Shown piece after piece: positions 1-9,068 of a stretch of 64,000 bases of DNA (position 1 is its first letter; each line of letters starts with the position of its first letter). The notes beneath the pieces are model-generated. The model was not told the DNA's origin. It ran no database searches and worked only from the letters and a program-made list of their open reading frames with translations. Position numbers and translations under genes: made by a program. Source of the stretch: Candidatus Woesebacteria bacterium (lineage in GTDB: Bacteria > Patescibacteriota > Microgenomatia > UBA1400 > UBA1396); contig JAJOJK010000017.1 of the NCBI GenBank assembly GCA_021208605.1, forward strand, positions 17,872 to 81,871, in the 5' to 3' direction.

Positions 1-259
1 GATGTTTGAGCCAAAATATAATGGCTGTCAGGTTTTTATCTCGAATAGCGGAGAGTAGTTGAGCTTCGGCCATGTCGTTGATAAATAGCTCGCCAGCCAC
101 AATGGCTTCTTCCGCTTCTTTGGCAAATGTTTTGTTTTGCTTTTTCCAGCGATAATAGGTTGAACGGGCAACTCCTGTTTTCTCGCAAGCCATCTGAACA
201 ATCGGTGTTTTCTTGAGCTGTTCGATGAGTAATTTCTTTAATTCTTCTGGCTTGCTCAT
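1..259 (-). CDS. phage-type terminase small subunit, N-terminal part; the gene runs off the window start
   Basis: ATG at 259..257 overlaps the upstream stop (ATGA). Translation MSKPEELKKLLIEQLKKTPIVQMACEKTGVARSTYYRWKKQNKTF...LTAIIFWLKH has an HTH (ARSTYYRWKK) and an AIFWLK motif typical of phage terminase small subunits. No stop before position 1. The overlapping listed ORF 36..458 is in a different frame and is low-complexity. Confidence 0.55.
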   Translation of the reverse strand, partial: MSKPEELKKLLIEQLKKTPIVQMACEKTGVARSTYYRWKKQNKTFAKEAEEAIVAGELFINDMAEAQLLSAIRDKNLTAIIFWLKH

Positions 260-1002
260 ATCTGCCTCGCTTTCTCGCCAGTAAGTTTTTCCCAACGATT
301 AATAATGGTTTGGCAATACTCAGGATCGAGTTCAACCATGAAGCACTTCCGTTTTGTTTGTTCACAGGCAATGAGCGTAGATCCCGATCCGCCAAAACAG
401 TCATAGACAACTTCGCCACGGTTACTACTGTTAAGAATGAGTCTCCGTAGCAGTCCAATTGGCTTCATAGTGGGATGGAGTACTGATTTGTTAGGCTTGG
501 GGTAAAACAAAACGCTCTTGTCTTTGGACTTCACGAACTTGTGTCTGCCGTGCCAGCCATAGGCAATAAGTTCGTGTTGGGGAAGGTAATCTAGTCGGCC
601 TACTACCGCACTGTTTTTGATCCAAATTAACAGCTGAGCAAACTTTATGTCTTCATCTGTAAATGCATCCTCTAGTGCAAAGAGCATCTTGTCACTGTTG
701 AAGACATAGAAGGCATTTTTGCTGGCTAGGAATTGTTTAACAACATGAATCCAGTCCTGCATGAACTGTTGGTACTGAGTGTTGGTTTGGGGCTGGTCGT
801 TAGCTATGATTTTTTGTTTAGCTACCGACTGCGTAAAATCTTGCTTATTTTCCACATATCCCACCCCGTAAGGTACATCCGTGAGAACGACATCGATCAG
901 TAGTTGGCCAACGAGTTTTTTGACTATCTGAGCATTTGTGGCATCTCCACAAATCAACCGATGTTCCCCAAGTACAAACAGGTCTCCAATATTTATTGAC
1001 AT
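256..1002 (-). CDS. DNA methyltransferase, beta-class (N6-adenine or N4-cytosine), standalone
   Basis: Starts MSINIGDLFVLGEHRLICGDA with SD AAGGAGG before the ATG at 1002. Has a DVPYG (motif IV-like) and a C-terminal FGGSGST (motif I). Its C-terminus is paralogous to the C-terminus of the adjacent ParB-MTase. Confidence 0.7.
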   Translation of the reverse strand: MSINIGDLFVLGEHRLICGDATNAQIVKKLVGQLLIDVVLTDVPYGVGYVENKQDFTQSVAKQKIIANDQPQTNTQYQQFMQDWIHVVKQFLASKNAFYVFNSDKMLFALEDAFTDEDIKFAQLLIWIKNSAVVGRLDYLPQHELIAYGWHGRHKFVKSKDKSVLFYPKPNKSVLHPTMKPIGLLRRLILNSSNRGEVVYDCFGGSGSTLIACEQTKRKCFMVELDPEYCQTIINRWEKLTGEKARQI

Positions 1003-2265
1003 AGTTCTACCTCCTTGCCAGTAAGTTCTGTAAATCGCTTGATAATGAGATCGCAAAATATAGGATCAACTTCGCACAAGAACGCTCGTCGCTTAAGTTG
1101 TTCGCAAGCAATCAAGGTTGAACCTGAGCCGCCAAATAGATCTACGACTATATCCCCAGGTTTGGTGCACCTTCGAAGTGGTTTTTCATGCAGAGTTGGT
1201 GGCTTGGAAGTGGGGTGTTCATAGTCTTGACCAGGAAGTCGTTTCACCAACCAAAGATCAAGTAAATCGAGGATGTCATCCAATGTCCGATTTCCTGTGG
1301 CAACTTCCTTGTTGAGAACTTCGTTGAGATTGTTAATTGGTGCTAAGTATGGTTTGCCACGGGTGGCATACACACATGGTTCGTACGCTTTGTTGAAGGC
1401 CACCTGTGGAGTCATGTTGTGGTTGTTTTTGACCCACAGACAGACTCGCTTCAGATCGAGATTAAGATCCTGATAAGTTGACTGCACAAGACCGATCCAA
1501 TTTTGGTCGCACCATGTAAAAACGTGGCAATCTGGTGAAGCCACGCTAAGTGCATTGATTAAGATCTCTTGCAAGAAATTTTGGTACTCTGCAGAGCTTT
1601 TATTGTCCTGTTGGAAGTTACCGCCATACTTACCCTTAGTACTGATTCCTTTGTTGTAGTCCAGCGAGATGTTATATGGAGGATCTAGGTAGATCATCGA
1701 GGCTTGTTTTTTTCTGAGCAATCGTTTTACGCTTTCTACTTCTCGAGAGTCACCGCATAACAAATAGTGGTCTCCTAATTTGTAAAGGTCACCAGACTTA
1801 GTAGTAGGTATAGTAATTTCTTGTAACGTTTTTGCTTCATTAAAATGATCGTCTTCAATGGTCAAAACATCGTCCCAGACAGCAGAGAGATCCGAATCAT
1901 TGAAACCAACATCCAAGAGCATCTCGATATCAAATTGCTTTAAGAGCTCAAAATCCCATTGTCCGGTATTACGGTTTAAACGAAGGTTGAGTTCTTTTTC
2001 TCGTTCAACATCGGCAATGGAAACAAATAAGACCGGCACTTGTTCCATGCCAAGTTTTTTGGCTGCTGCCAAACGCATGTGTCCGCCAATGACCACGTTT
2101 TTGCGTTCTTCATGGTTATTGGCAATAACAGGATCAAGGAAACCAAACTTGTTTATACTCTCGCAAAGTTGCTTAAGAGCTTCCTCATCCCAAGTTCTGG
2201 GATTATATGGAGCGGGGTTAAGCTCCGAAATTGGTATGTAGTGTATGACGGGTGGTGTTTGCATC
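993..2265 (-). CDS. ParB-like nuclease domain fused to a beta-class DNA methyltransferase (DPPY)
   Basis: Start refined to MQTPPVIHYIPISELNPAPYNPR, which has SD AAAGGAGA 4 nt upstream. N-terminal ParB/Srx-like domain, then LGDHYLLCGD, DPPYN and FGGSGSTLIACEQ motifs. This architecture is typical of prophage MTases. Confidence 0.75.
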
Positions 2266-2310
2266 GCGTCTCCTTTCATAAAGGAGAACGCGCTCACAGG
2301 GTGTGAAGAT

Positions 2311-2793
2311 TTAGCGTTGAGCCATAAACATTCGGTGACGTGGGGAATTATTTTGTTTCAAAATCTCAAGGAGTTGAGGCATTTGCGATTGGTGATACCA
2401 AACAGTGCCAGATTCTCTCAGGGTATTCACCAAACCTTTTCTTTCCCAGTTTCTTAAAGTGTCAACATGTATGCCCAAAACAGATGCAACTTGTTTTCGA
2501 GTGAAGAGTTTGTCCCTCTGACGTTTATTTTTGACTGAATGAGTTTTTAGCTTGGAGATAAGCTCGGGCGAGTATGGAAAATGCCACGCTTCGTTTTTGT
2601 GCCCAGATCGAGCAGAAACATAAGGTAGTTTGACTGCACCAAATTTCCCTTTCGATGCATATCTGCGCAAAGTTGCTACTGAAATATTCGTCAAAGCTGA
2701 GAGTGAGGGGATGAGTAAATATTTTTTGTCTTGATAGTAAACAATACATTCTTCTGCATTTTTTTTCTCTGGCAAATTTTTTTTGCAACTCAT
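2311..2793 (-). CDS. DNA-binding protein with two excisionase/MerR-like HTH segments
   Basis: VATLRRYASKGKF and VDTLRNWERKGLV resemble HTH_17/excisionase-type helices. It lies inside the phage-like module. Confidence 0.5.
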   Translation of the reverse strand: MSCKKNLPEKKNAEECIVYYQDKKYLLIPSLSALTNISVATLRRYASKGKFGAVKLPYVSARSGHKNEAWHFPYSPELISKLKTHSVKNKRQRDKLFTRKQVASVLGIHVDTLRNWERKGLVNTLRESGTVWYHQSQMPQLLEILKQNNSPRHRMFMAQR

Positions 2794-3433
2794 GGCAAGC
2801 TTTTCGGATCAAATCTCGCAGGATAAGTCCAAGTCTAAAAAAGAACTTTTTCAGTGAAACCAATAAATTATCTTCATCTAAAGGAGACCGTTTATCTGCT
2901 TGATCGAGTGCTTCTAAGAAATGAGTAGCAAACTCGATCCGAGCTGATTTGTTTCGGCTTAGGTCATTCATCCGACAAAAAAGCCGGAATTCTTTGGGAT
3001 ATAGGTGACTTAGTGCCATTACATCTGATTCTGTACCGTCTCTAGCACGATGAAGCTGATGGTATTCAGCCAAAAGAAATGAAACAACGAAGTTTTGTAC
3101 ATGTTGCCAAATATTTTTGAAAAATTCTGGCCAACGTATTGATTTGAAAAAGTTTACGAGTTTGTCATACGCCTCCCGCATTATTTTTATCCAGTTTCGA
3201 TACGTTTCCAATGCTTGGTCAATTGCTCTAAAAGTTTGTTGTGCCATCTCCACAGCTTGAAAAATACTCGGCTTAAGACTTTGAATTGTTTCAATGGCCT
3301 GAAAAATAGGGTGGCGGTAGTTATCAAAAACAGATGACAAGAGTGTTTTGGCTTTCTCTTGTTCTTCCTCAATGATCTTCGCCACAAATGTTGAAGCTGG
3401 TCTTTCTTGAGTAGTGCTTTCCATTATTAGCAA
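2525..3433 (-). CDS. hypothetical helical protein (phage module); the C-terminal approximately 90 codons overlap the next gene and look non-native
   Basis: The long ORF's last approximately 90 aa are Cys/Ser-rich low-complexity and overlap 2311..2793 by 269 nt. The true gene may end near 2800 (possible frameshift or misassembly). Confidence 0.35.
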   Translation of the reverse strand: MLIMESTTQERPASTFVAKIIEEEQEKAKTLLSSVFDNYRHPIFQAIETIQSLKPSIFQAVEMAQQTFRAIDQALETYRNWIKIMREAYDKLVNFFKSIRWPEFFKNIWQHVQNFVVSFLLAEYHQLHRARDGTESDVMALSHLYPKEFRLFCRMNDLSRNKSARIEFATHFLEALDQADKRSPLDEDNLLVSLKKFFFRLGLILRDLIRKACHELQKKFAREKKCRRMYCLLSRQKIFTHPLTLSFDEYFSSNFAQICIEREIWCSQTTLCFCSIWAQKRSVAFSILARAYLQAKNSFSQK

Positions 3434-3461
3434 TCACTCTACCATAGTTGCCAAAAACCCA

Positions 3462-3490
3462 AAAGAAGCACAAAAACACACCCCGAGTAG
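3462..3490 (-). terminator. intrinsic terminator after the DUF4352 gene
   Basis: Minus-strand acacc-tctactcgg-ggtgt hairpin followed by GTTTTT. Confidence 0.4.
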
Positions 3491-3518
3491 AGGTGTATTT
3501 TTGAGAGTAAGTTGGTGT

Positions 3519-4106
3519 TTACTCTGAGAGTTCAACTTCTGCTGGAGTTGCGAAGAGTCCACCACGCAGTTCTATCATGAGACCCTCTGCAGTTTCTGGT
3601 ACGTCGAAGACGATTTCGCCGTTCACACTCAGTCCTGGTTGGACTTGCTGGAGGAAGAGATCGACTTGTCCTTGAGAGAGACCCTTGGCTGTTTGCCCGT
3701 CTATTGATCGCTCGAAGGTGCGTCCTTCGCTATCTGTGAGCTTGATCATCGAGCTGTCGATAGTCTTTGTCTCTTTACCGACATTCTCAATCTTGAGTGA
3801 CACTACCTTAAATACTCCCTGAGCATCCTTTGATGTAAAGGAGTTGCCAAGACTTTGGTATTCCTTAACACCGTTGACAGTAAAGGCGAGGTCTCCACTT
3901 TGGACTGTTTCTCCGATCTTTGCAGTAACAACCTCTTTATCTTGCTGTTCTTGTTGGGCACCTGAATTCCCATTGTTAGAGGTGTTACTTGCACTGTCTC
4001 CACCAGAGGCACTGACTACAACTACGAGAATAATCACTACCAGTATGCCAGTAAGGAACTTATGGCGAATGAACCAGTTACCCTTCTTTTCTTGATCTTT
4101 AGACAT
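3519..4106 (-). CDS. DUF4352-like membrane-anchored protein
   Basis: Start MSKDQEKK with SD AAAGGAAA. One TM helix, then a Thr/Ser-rich linker and a beta-rich domain resembling DUF4352. Confidence 0.45.
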   Translation of the reverse strand: MSKDQEKKGNWFIRHKFLTGILVVIILVVVVSASGGDSASNTSNNGNSGAQQEQQDKEVVTAKIGETVQSGDLAFTVNGVKEYQSLGNSFTSKDAQGVFKVVSLKIENVGKETKTIDSSMIKLTDSEGRTFERSIDGQTAKGLSQGQVDLFLQQVQPGLSVNGEIVFDVPETAEGLMIELRGGLFATPAEVELSE

Positions 4107-4297
4107 ATTTCCTTTCTTATTTACCAGAAGCAAGCATGGGCTCAGCTGTAGAGATGTGGATGGCTCACCAAAACAACGTACCGATTGTCACTATCTCACC
4201 TATGAAAGCTAATTGGGTTGTGAAACTCTTATCAAAGGCAGTATATACAGACCTTGAAGAATTTCTATCTTCATTCAACGCAGAAATTTTGAATTCA

Positions 4298-4903
4298 TTA
4301 AAGATGAGTTAAGTGGTCAGTGCCTGCTAGAAGTTTCAACGCATAATTACTGTTTGTTGAGTTATATTCAATAATAGTTAGTGAACACTCGAAAACATTG
4401 CTGTCTTTTGTTTTTGAAAAGTCTGGAAGAGCTTCATCTAGTGTTTTGCTATCAAAAACATTTAAAACAAAGTCAGTGATTACTCCACCATGTGTTATTA
4501 GTGCAATGTGCTCTTGAGTACCATCATGTGTTTCAATTACTTGCTGAATACGTTTTCCCGCATTACGAGATGAATCACCTACTGGTGGGGTCCAGTCACG
4601 TTCTAAACTAGCTTTTTCCCACATCGCCAAGAAATCTTCAAATGACTGTTCTGGGTCATCTCCCCAATTTACGCGCTCTCGTAGCAACGGCTCCGTTTCT
4701 ATACGAAACCCCGTTTTATCTGCCAAATATTTTGCGGTTTGTTGTGTTCTTAAGATAGGACTTGCAATTATTTGTTGTAGCGGGTGGTTAGACATATATT
4801 CAGCCGTAGCTATAGCCTGAGCGACACCTTTTTCCGACAGAGGAGGGTCACCAATAGTTTTAACTTTATCCCCGTGGCGAATTAAATAAAAAGTTTTATT
4901 CAT
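4298..4903 (-). CDS. histidine phosphatase family protein (phosphoglycerate-mutase-like), paralog 1
   Basis: N-terminal LIRHGDK (RHG catalytic motif) and ITHGG. About 50% identical to 19500..20126. Confidence 0.75.
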   Translation of the reverse strand: MNKTFYLIRHGDKVKTIGDPPLSEKGVAQAIATAEYMSNHPLQQIIASPILRTQQTAKYLADKTGFRIETEPLLRERVNWGDDPEQSFEDFLAMWEKASLERDWTPPVGDSSRNAGKRIQQVIETHDGTQEHIALITHGGVITDFVLNVFDSKTLDEALPDFSKTKDSNVFECSLTIIEYNSTNSNYALKLLAGTDHLTHL

Positions 4904-4951
4904 AAGAGAAAATATATCATAAATAGTAACGATATTCCCTACGGGTTTTTA

Positions 4952-5698
4952 TTGGATGATGGTAAAATACAAATCATGAAACAACAAGCAATTTATAGAG
5001 ATTTAGCAAAGTATTACAACCTCATTTACTCTTTCAAAAATTACGAGGCTGAATCAGAAAAAATAAAAGAATTAATTGCTAAACATTGCAAGTCAACAGG
5101 AACAGCTCTTCTGGAAGCAGGTTGTGGAACAGGTAAACACGCTGCTCTCTTAAACAAAGATTTTGACGTTGTTGCTACTGATATTAATGAAGGCATGTTG
5201 AATGTTGCTCGTTCTCATTTCCCAAGCCTTGATATCCGCCAAGCAGATATGAGCCAGCTTAACTTTGAACAAGAATTTGACGTAATTATTAGCCTTTACA
5301 GCTCTATTGCATACGTAAAAACTCAAGTAAAACTAAAAAAGACTTTACAGGGTTTCTTCAAACATTTGAAAGTTGGTGGTTTGGTAATTTTTGAACCTTG
5401 GTTCACGAAAGAAACGTATACCGTGGGAGTTCCAAGCGTAAAAACATATGAATCAGAAGACACCAAGATTGTTCGTGCTTGTGTTCCCAAGATTATTAAT
5501 GGTGTTTCTATTATGGACTTAAACTACCTTATCGCTGAGAAAAATCAAGAGGTTCAACACGTCATTGACCGTCACGAAATGGGACTCTTTGAAATTGAAG
5601 ATACCTTACAACTGATGAAAGATATTGGTTTTAAGGCAAAGTACCTCAAAAACGGTTTAATGAAAAACCGTGGATTGTATATCGGCGTTAAAAAATAA
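4952..5698 (+). CDS. class I SAM-dependent methyltransferase (TylM1/DesVI-like sugar N-methyltransferase family)
   Basis: LEAGCGTGKHA motif I, VATDINEGML, acidic motif II-like FDVIISLYS. Confidence 0.6.
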   Translation: MDDGKIQIMKQQAIYRDLAKYYNLIYSFKNYEAESEKIKELIAKHCKSTGTALLEAGCGTGKHAALLNKDFDVVATDINEGMLNVARSHFPSLDIRQADMSQLNFEQEFDVIISLYSSIAYVKTQVKLKKTLQGFFKHLKVGGLVIFEPWFTKETYTVGVPSVKTYESEDTKIVRACVPKIINGVSIMDLNYLIAEKNQEVQHVIDRHEMGLFEIEDTLQLMKDIGFKAKYLKNGLMKNRGLYIGVKK

Positions 5699-5956
5699 TG
5701 TATCAAAATACATCATTTTAAAAACAAGACATTCCCTTTTTATAGTGTCCCATTTGTCCCGTTTTTGCTAAAATTACCCTGGAAGCTCAATTCTTGAATG
5801 GGACAGTTATAACGACGCACGGGTTCCAGACCCACCACCTCCGCAACAATCGAAAAGTTCTGACAGACCCGTCCTTTTAGTCAATTAAGATCGGTATTGC
5901 TTGCTAAAAAACGCTGAAAACAACAAATGTCAATTTAACAGCCTAGTAAGAAAACT

Positions 5957-6436
5957 ATGAGTATTTTCGAAAATATTCTCCAAATCCTTGAAAAATCTGA
6001 TATTCCATACAAATTGATTGAACATGAGCCAGTTTTTACTATGGAACAGGCGGCTGAAATTTGTAATCATAAACCTGAACAAGGAGTAAAAACACTTCTT
6101 ACTAAACTCTATACAACGAAACGTCAGTTTGAATACTGGCTCATTGTTTGGCAAGGAGATGAGCAAATTCCTTTTACTGATATATGTTCCAAGCTAGATT
6201 TCAAGAGGAGTAAATTAGCACGACCTGAAGAAGTTATCGATATACTCGGAATCGAAATTGGAGCCCTAGCACCATTTGGATACGATACTGAATACCTAGT
6301 CATTTTCGATAAAAGACTTCTGGAGCAAGAACAGGTGTTTATCAATGCGGGCGTGCATGACAAAACGATTGCTCTTGCCCCAGATGATTTACAAACAGCA
6401 GTGGAACAAAATGCTCTCAGGTTCATTTTGAGTTAA
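5957..6436 (+). CDS. YbaK/ProX-type aminoacyl-tRNA deacylase (trans-editing domain)
   Basis: 159 aa in the size and sequence pattern of the YbaK/EbsC family (HEPVFTMEQAAE..., GALAPFG). Confidence 0.55.
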   Translation: MSIFENILQILEKSDIPYKLIEHEPVFTMEQAAEICNHKPEQGVKTLLTKLYTTKRQFEYWLIVWQGDEQIPFTDICSKLDFKRSKLARPEEVIDILGIEIGALAPFGYDTEYLVIFDKRLLEQEQVFINAGVHDKTIALAPDDLQTAVEQNALRFILS

Positions 6437-6657
6437 CGATTTTGCATCGAACCATCATTCTGCTCTACTTTATATACTTTTTTTGTCCACCCATTGGCAT
6501 AGATCACCTTATCTTGCCAAAGATAAATGATAGCAAAGTTGTCTGGACGACCAACTTTTCCCCAATAAGAAGCATCGGCAGGAACATCCTTACCAACCAG
6601 ATTTATAGACTTTTCTTCCTCGCCTTGTGGAGGAAATTGTTGAGGTATTTCTTTCAT
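6433..6657 (-). CDS. small hypothetical protein (74 aa)
   Basis: Start MKEIPQQ with SD AGGAAAGG. Plausible composition (IYLWQDKVIYANGW). Confidence 0.35.
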   Translation of the reverse strand: MKEIPQQFPPQGEEEKSINLVGKDVPADASYWGKVGRPDNFAIIYLWQDKVIYANGWTKKVYKVEQNDGSMQNR

Positions 6658-7022
6658 ACCTTTCCTTTCTGTAGGTGAGGAAACACAAAAACGCCCCTTC
6701 ACCTACAAATATTTTGTAGACAAAGGGGCATTCTCAATATGATGCAAAACGCGGTACCACCCTTATTCAGTATGTTGTTACCAACACACACTTTGTAACT
6801 TGCTCAGTTGCTCTTATGAGTGACACAAGTCTGGAAGTTACGGATGCCAGCCGATCTCGATTTTGCGAGATTCCGCTCTTGAATTTTGTCATTCAAGATT
6901 ATGAGGCGCGACTCTCATTGATTGCGGATTGAGGTGAATTATATTGGCAGCAATTCAGTCTGTCAAATATTGCATATGTTCGAGACATTTAGAATCGAGC
7001 TATAATTAAAAACAAATAAATT

Positions 7023-7538
7023 TTGCAACAAATTATGAGGTTTGAAATACGCCAATATCAGCTCGAAGATACACCTAAAGTCGTCCAGCTCATGAGTAAG
7101 TTACAAGATTTTTTTGTTGAAATTGATACTCATCAGGAACTCAAATCATTTGATTCACTGCAAACAGCAAAAGATTATATTGATCAAGCAATAAAAGATA
7201 CTACCGATATGAACGGGGTAGTTTTCATAGCTGAAAGTGAACATGGTGAGATAGTTGGCTTCATTCAAGGTATCATTAATAGCCATGAGGATGAAGTGAT
7301 GCACAACCTCACTCATCAACAAGGAAAAGATGGCTGGATAGGATTATTGATTGTTGATGAAAAATATCGTAATCAAGGTATTGGGAAACAATTACTACTG
7401 CGCATAAGTGTTTTTTTTGATAAAGCTGGTTGTAGTTCAATACGCCTGAAAGTTGCTAGTAATAACACTCATGCCATTGAAGTTTATAAGAGTTTAGGAT
7501 TTGCTGAACGTGATATTGAGTTGGCTCGTAAGTTGTGA
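7023..7538 (+). CDS. GNAT family N-acetyltransferase
   Basis: Motif A RNQGIGKQLL and downstream KSLGF. Confidence 0.7.
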   Translation: MQQIMRFEIRQYQLEDTPKVVQLMSKLQDFFVEIDTHQELKSFDSLQTAKDYIDQAIKDTTDMNGVVFIAESEHGEIVGFIQGIINSHEDEVMHNLTHQQGKDGWIGLLIVDEKYRNQGIGKQLLLRISVFFDKAGCSSIRLKVASNNTHAIEVYKSLGFAERDIELARKL

Positions 7539-7617
7539 AACAGGAGCCTCGCAACACCCTCAAATATAAGCTAAAATAGCGGGGCTACCAGATCTGGTGA
7601 GAATCCCGTCCTCCTTG

Positions 7618-8196
7618 CTACCCAGACTCTAATGCCTTTCGCCACTCGCGATCATTATAATACCCGCGGTCATCACAAATTTTTCGTAAATGCTGGATAA
7701 GCACAGAATTCATGTTCGGAGAAAAGTCTTTTGGAAGATTTTGAAAAATATTCGCCTCTTCCGGCGTTATATCATCAAAGGCATTATTCCCCAAAATCGT
7801 GGGGAGGTTTTCACTCGTAGACTGTATTGTCGCCTCGAAATTACCCACCGAACCCCATAGTCTTTGCGATGTTCTCTTTTCCGTGCTCACTGCTTTTTTC
7901 ATTAGATCAAGATGGCGATGATAGGCAGCTTGAATTATTTTGCGCTTATTCTCATCGTTCAAAGTACTGAAACATTTCCGTAACAACAACCCACCTTCGC
8001 GTGGCGTCAAAGAGAAAGTAGTACAAAGATACTGCACATACATAGTATGCGCATCGATGGAGCCAGCCCCCACCATAAAACTTTGGATAACGATGCTGAT
8101 TTTATCCGCATCAGACAGTGTCTCAAGCACTTCCTGCACTTTTCGAGATTCTTGTTGATTGATTGAAACTTCCTGCTCGTACTGTGGTCGCGCCAT
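7618..8196 (-). CDS. hypothetical protein
   Basis: 192 aa ORF with no recognisable motif. Confidence 0.4.
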   Translation of the reverse strand: MARPQYEQEVSINQQESRKVQEVLETLSDADKISIVIQSFMVGAGSIDAHTMYVQYLCTTFSLTPREGGLLLRKCFSTLNDENKRKIIQAAYHRHLDLMKKAVSTEKRTSQRLWGSVGNFEATIQSTSENLPTILGNNAFDDITPEEANIFQNLPKDFSPNMNSVLIQHLRKICDDRGYYNDREWRKALESG

Positions 8197-8301
8197 ACTA
8201 GGTAATCATACAGATATGATGTAAAAAGTTCCAATTTTGTTCTACGCTCTCCGCTCTTGAGAATAGACTTTGTTACCTGGGAACTTTGCTATACTTTCCG
8301 T

Positions 8302-8970
8302 ATGCATTCCCCACTACTTATCGCTCATCGAGGTGATCGTAAATATTTTCCAGAAAATACTTTGGTGGGATTCCAATCCGCATTCAGTAAAGGGGCTGAT
8401 GGTGTAGAAATGGATATCCAACTCGTGAGTGGCGAAATCCTTCTTATCCATGACTATATGTTTGATCTCCAACAAGAATACACTTCTCTAGAGAGTGTTC
8501 TACAAGAACTCAGTCAAGTTGGGCGACTAGAAATAGAAATCAAAGCCTTTACACCAGATATTATCGATCCACTAAACACGCTTCTGAAAAAATATGCACC
8601 AAAAGATATTGAAATAACTACCAGTGAGTTGCCAATTGTTCCATACATCACAAAAGCCTTTCCTCAGTATTCTGTCGGTGTAAACTTTAATGAATGTCAT
8701 TATGAATCCTGGATGAGTGAAGAGCTTTACGTAAGAAAAGTAAGTGACTACCTCGATATTTTCAGTGCCCAAGTTGCTCATTTAAGCAACTTACCAGAAG
8801 AAAAAATCACTGAATCTTTAGTGCATTCTCTCCAAAGAAAAGGCTACATAACTCACTACCACATTGGCTTCCTGGAAATGGATACCCAAATGCAAACTTA
8901 CAAGTTGTTACAAGAAGTAGGAATTGATCAGTGTACTTTTGACGACACTGACTTACTGAGTGGTGTATAA
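8302..8970 (+). CDS. glycerophosphodiester phosphodiesterase (GDPD) family
   Basis: LIAHRGD...ENTL and GADGVEMDIQL. Start refined to MHSPLL, which sits 6 nt after a TGcTATACT extended -10 (leaderless type). Confidence 0.7.
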   Translation: MHSPLLIAHRGDRKYFPENTLVGFQSAFSKGADGVEMDIQLVSGEILLIHDYMFDLQQEYTSLESVLQELSQVGRLEIEIKAFTPDIIDPLNTLLKKYAPKDIEITTSELPIVPYITKAFPQYSVGVNFNECHYESWMSEELYVRKVSDYLDIFSAQVAHLSNLPEEKITESLVHSLQRKGYITHYHIGFLEMDTQMQTYKLLQEVGIDQCTFDDTDLLSGV

Positions 8971-9068
8971 TAAAGCTCCAATTTCTTACCAAAATCTTTT
9001 CTCAGAGACTAAAACTGGAATGGAGTCCAAGACCCAAGCTTATAATTAAGATACACTCAACTAAAGAT

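Noticed and set aside
36-458. 140-aa ORF on the minus strand
   Set aside because: Arg/Ser-rich low-complexity translation that overlaps two better-supported genes (the terminase small subunit fragment and the MTase) in another frame.
2525-2793. 269-nt overlap between the 302-aa hypothetical and the HTH gene
   Set aside because: Two independent proteins are unlikely to be encoded by so long an overlap. The C-terminal about 90 codons of the long ORF are low-complexity, so the overlap is attributed to an over-extended ORF or an indel.
5700-5956. tRNA-like, tmRNA or RNase P RNA in the 256-bp spacer containing GGGTTCCAGACCC
   Set aside because: No acceptor-stem pairing and no tmRNA or RNase P conserved boxes. 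The motif is instead part of the dispersed repeat family.
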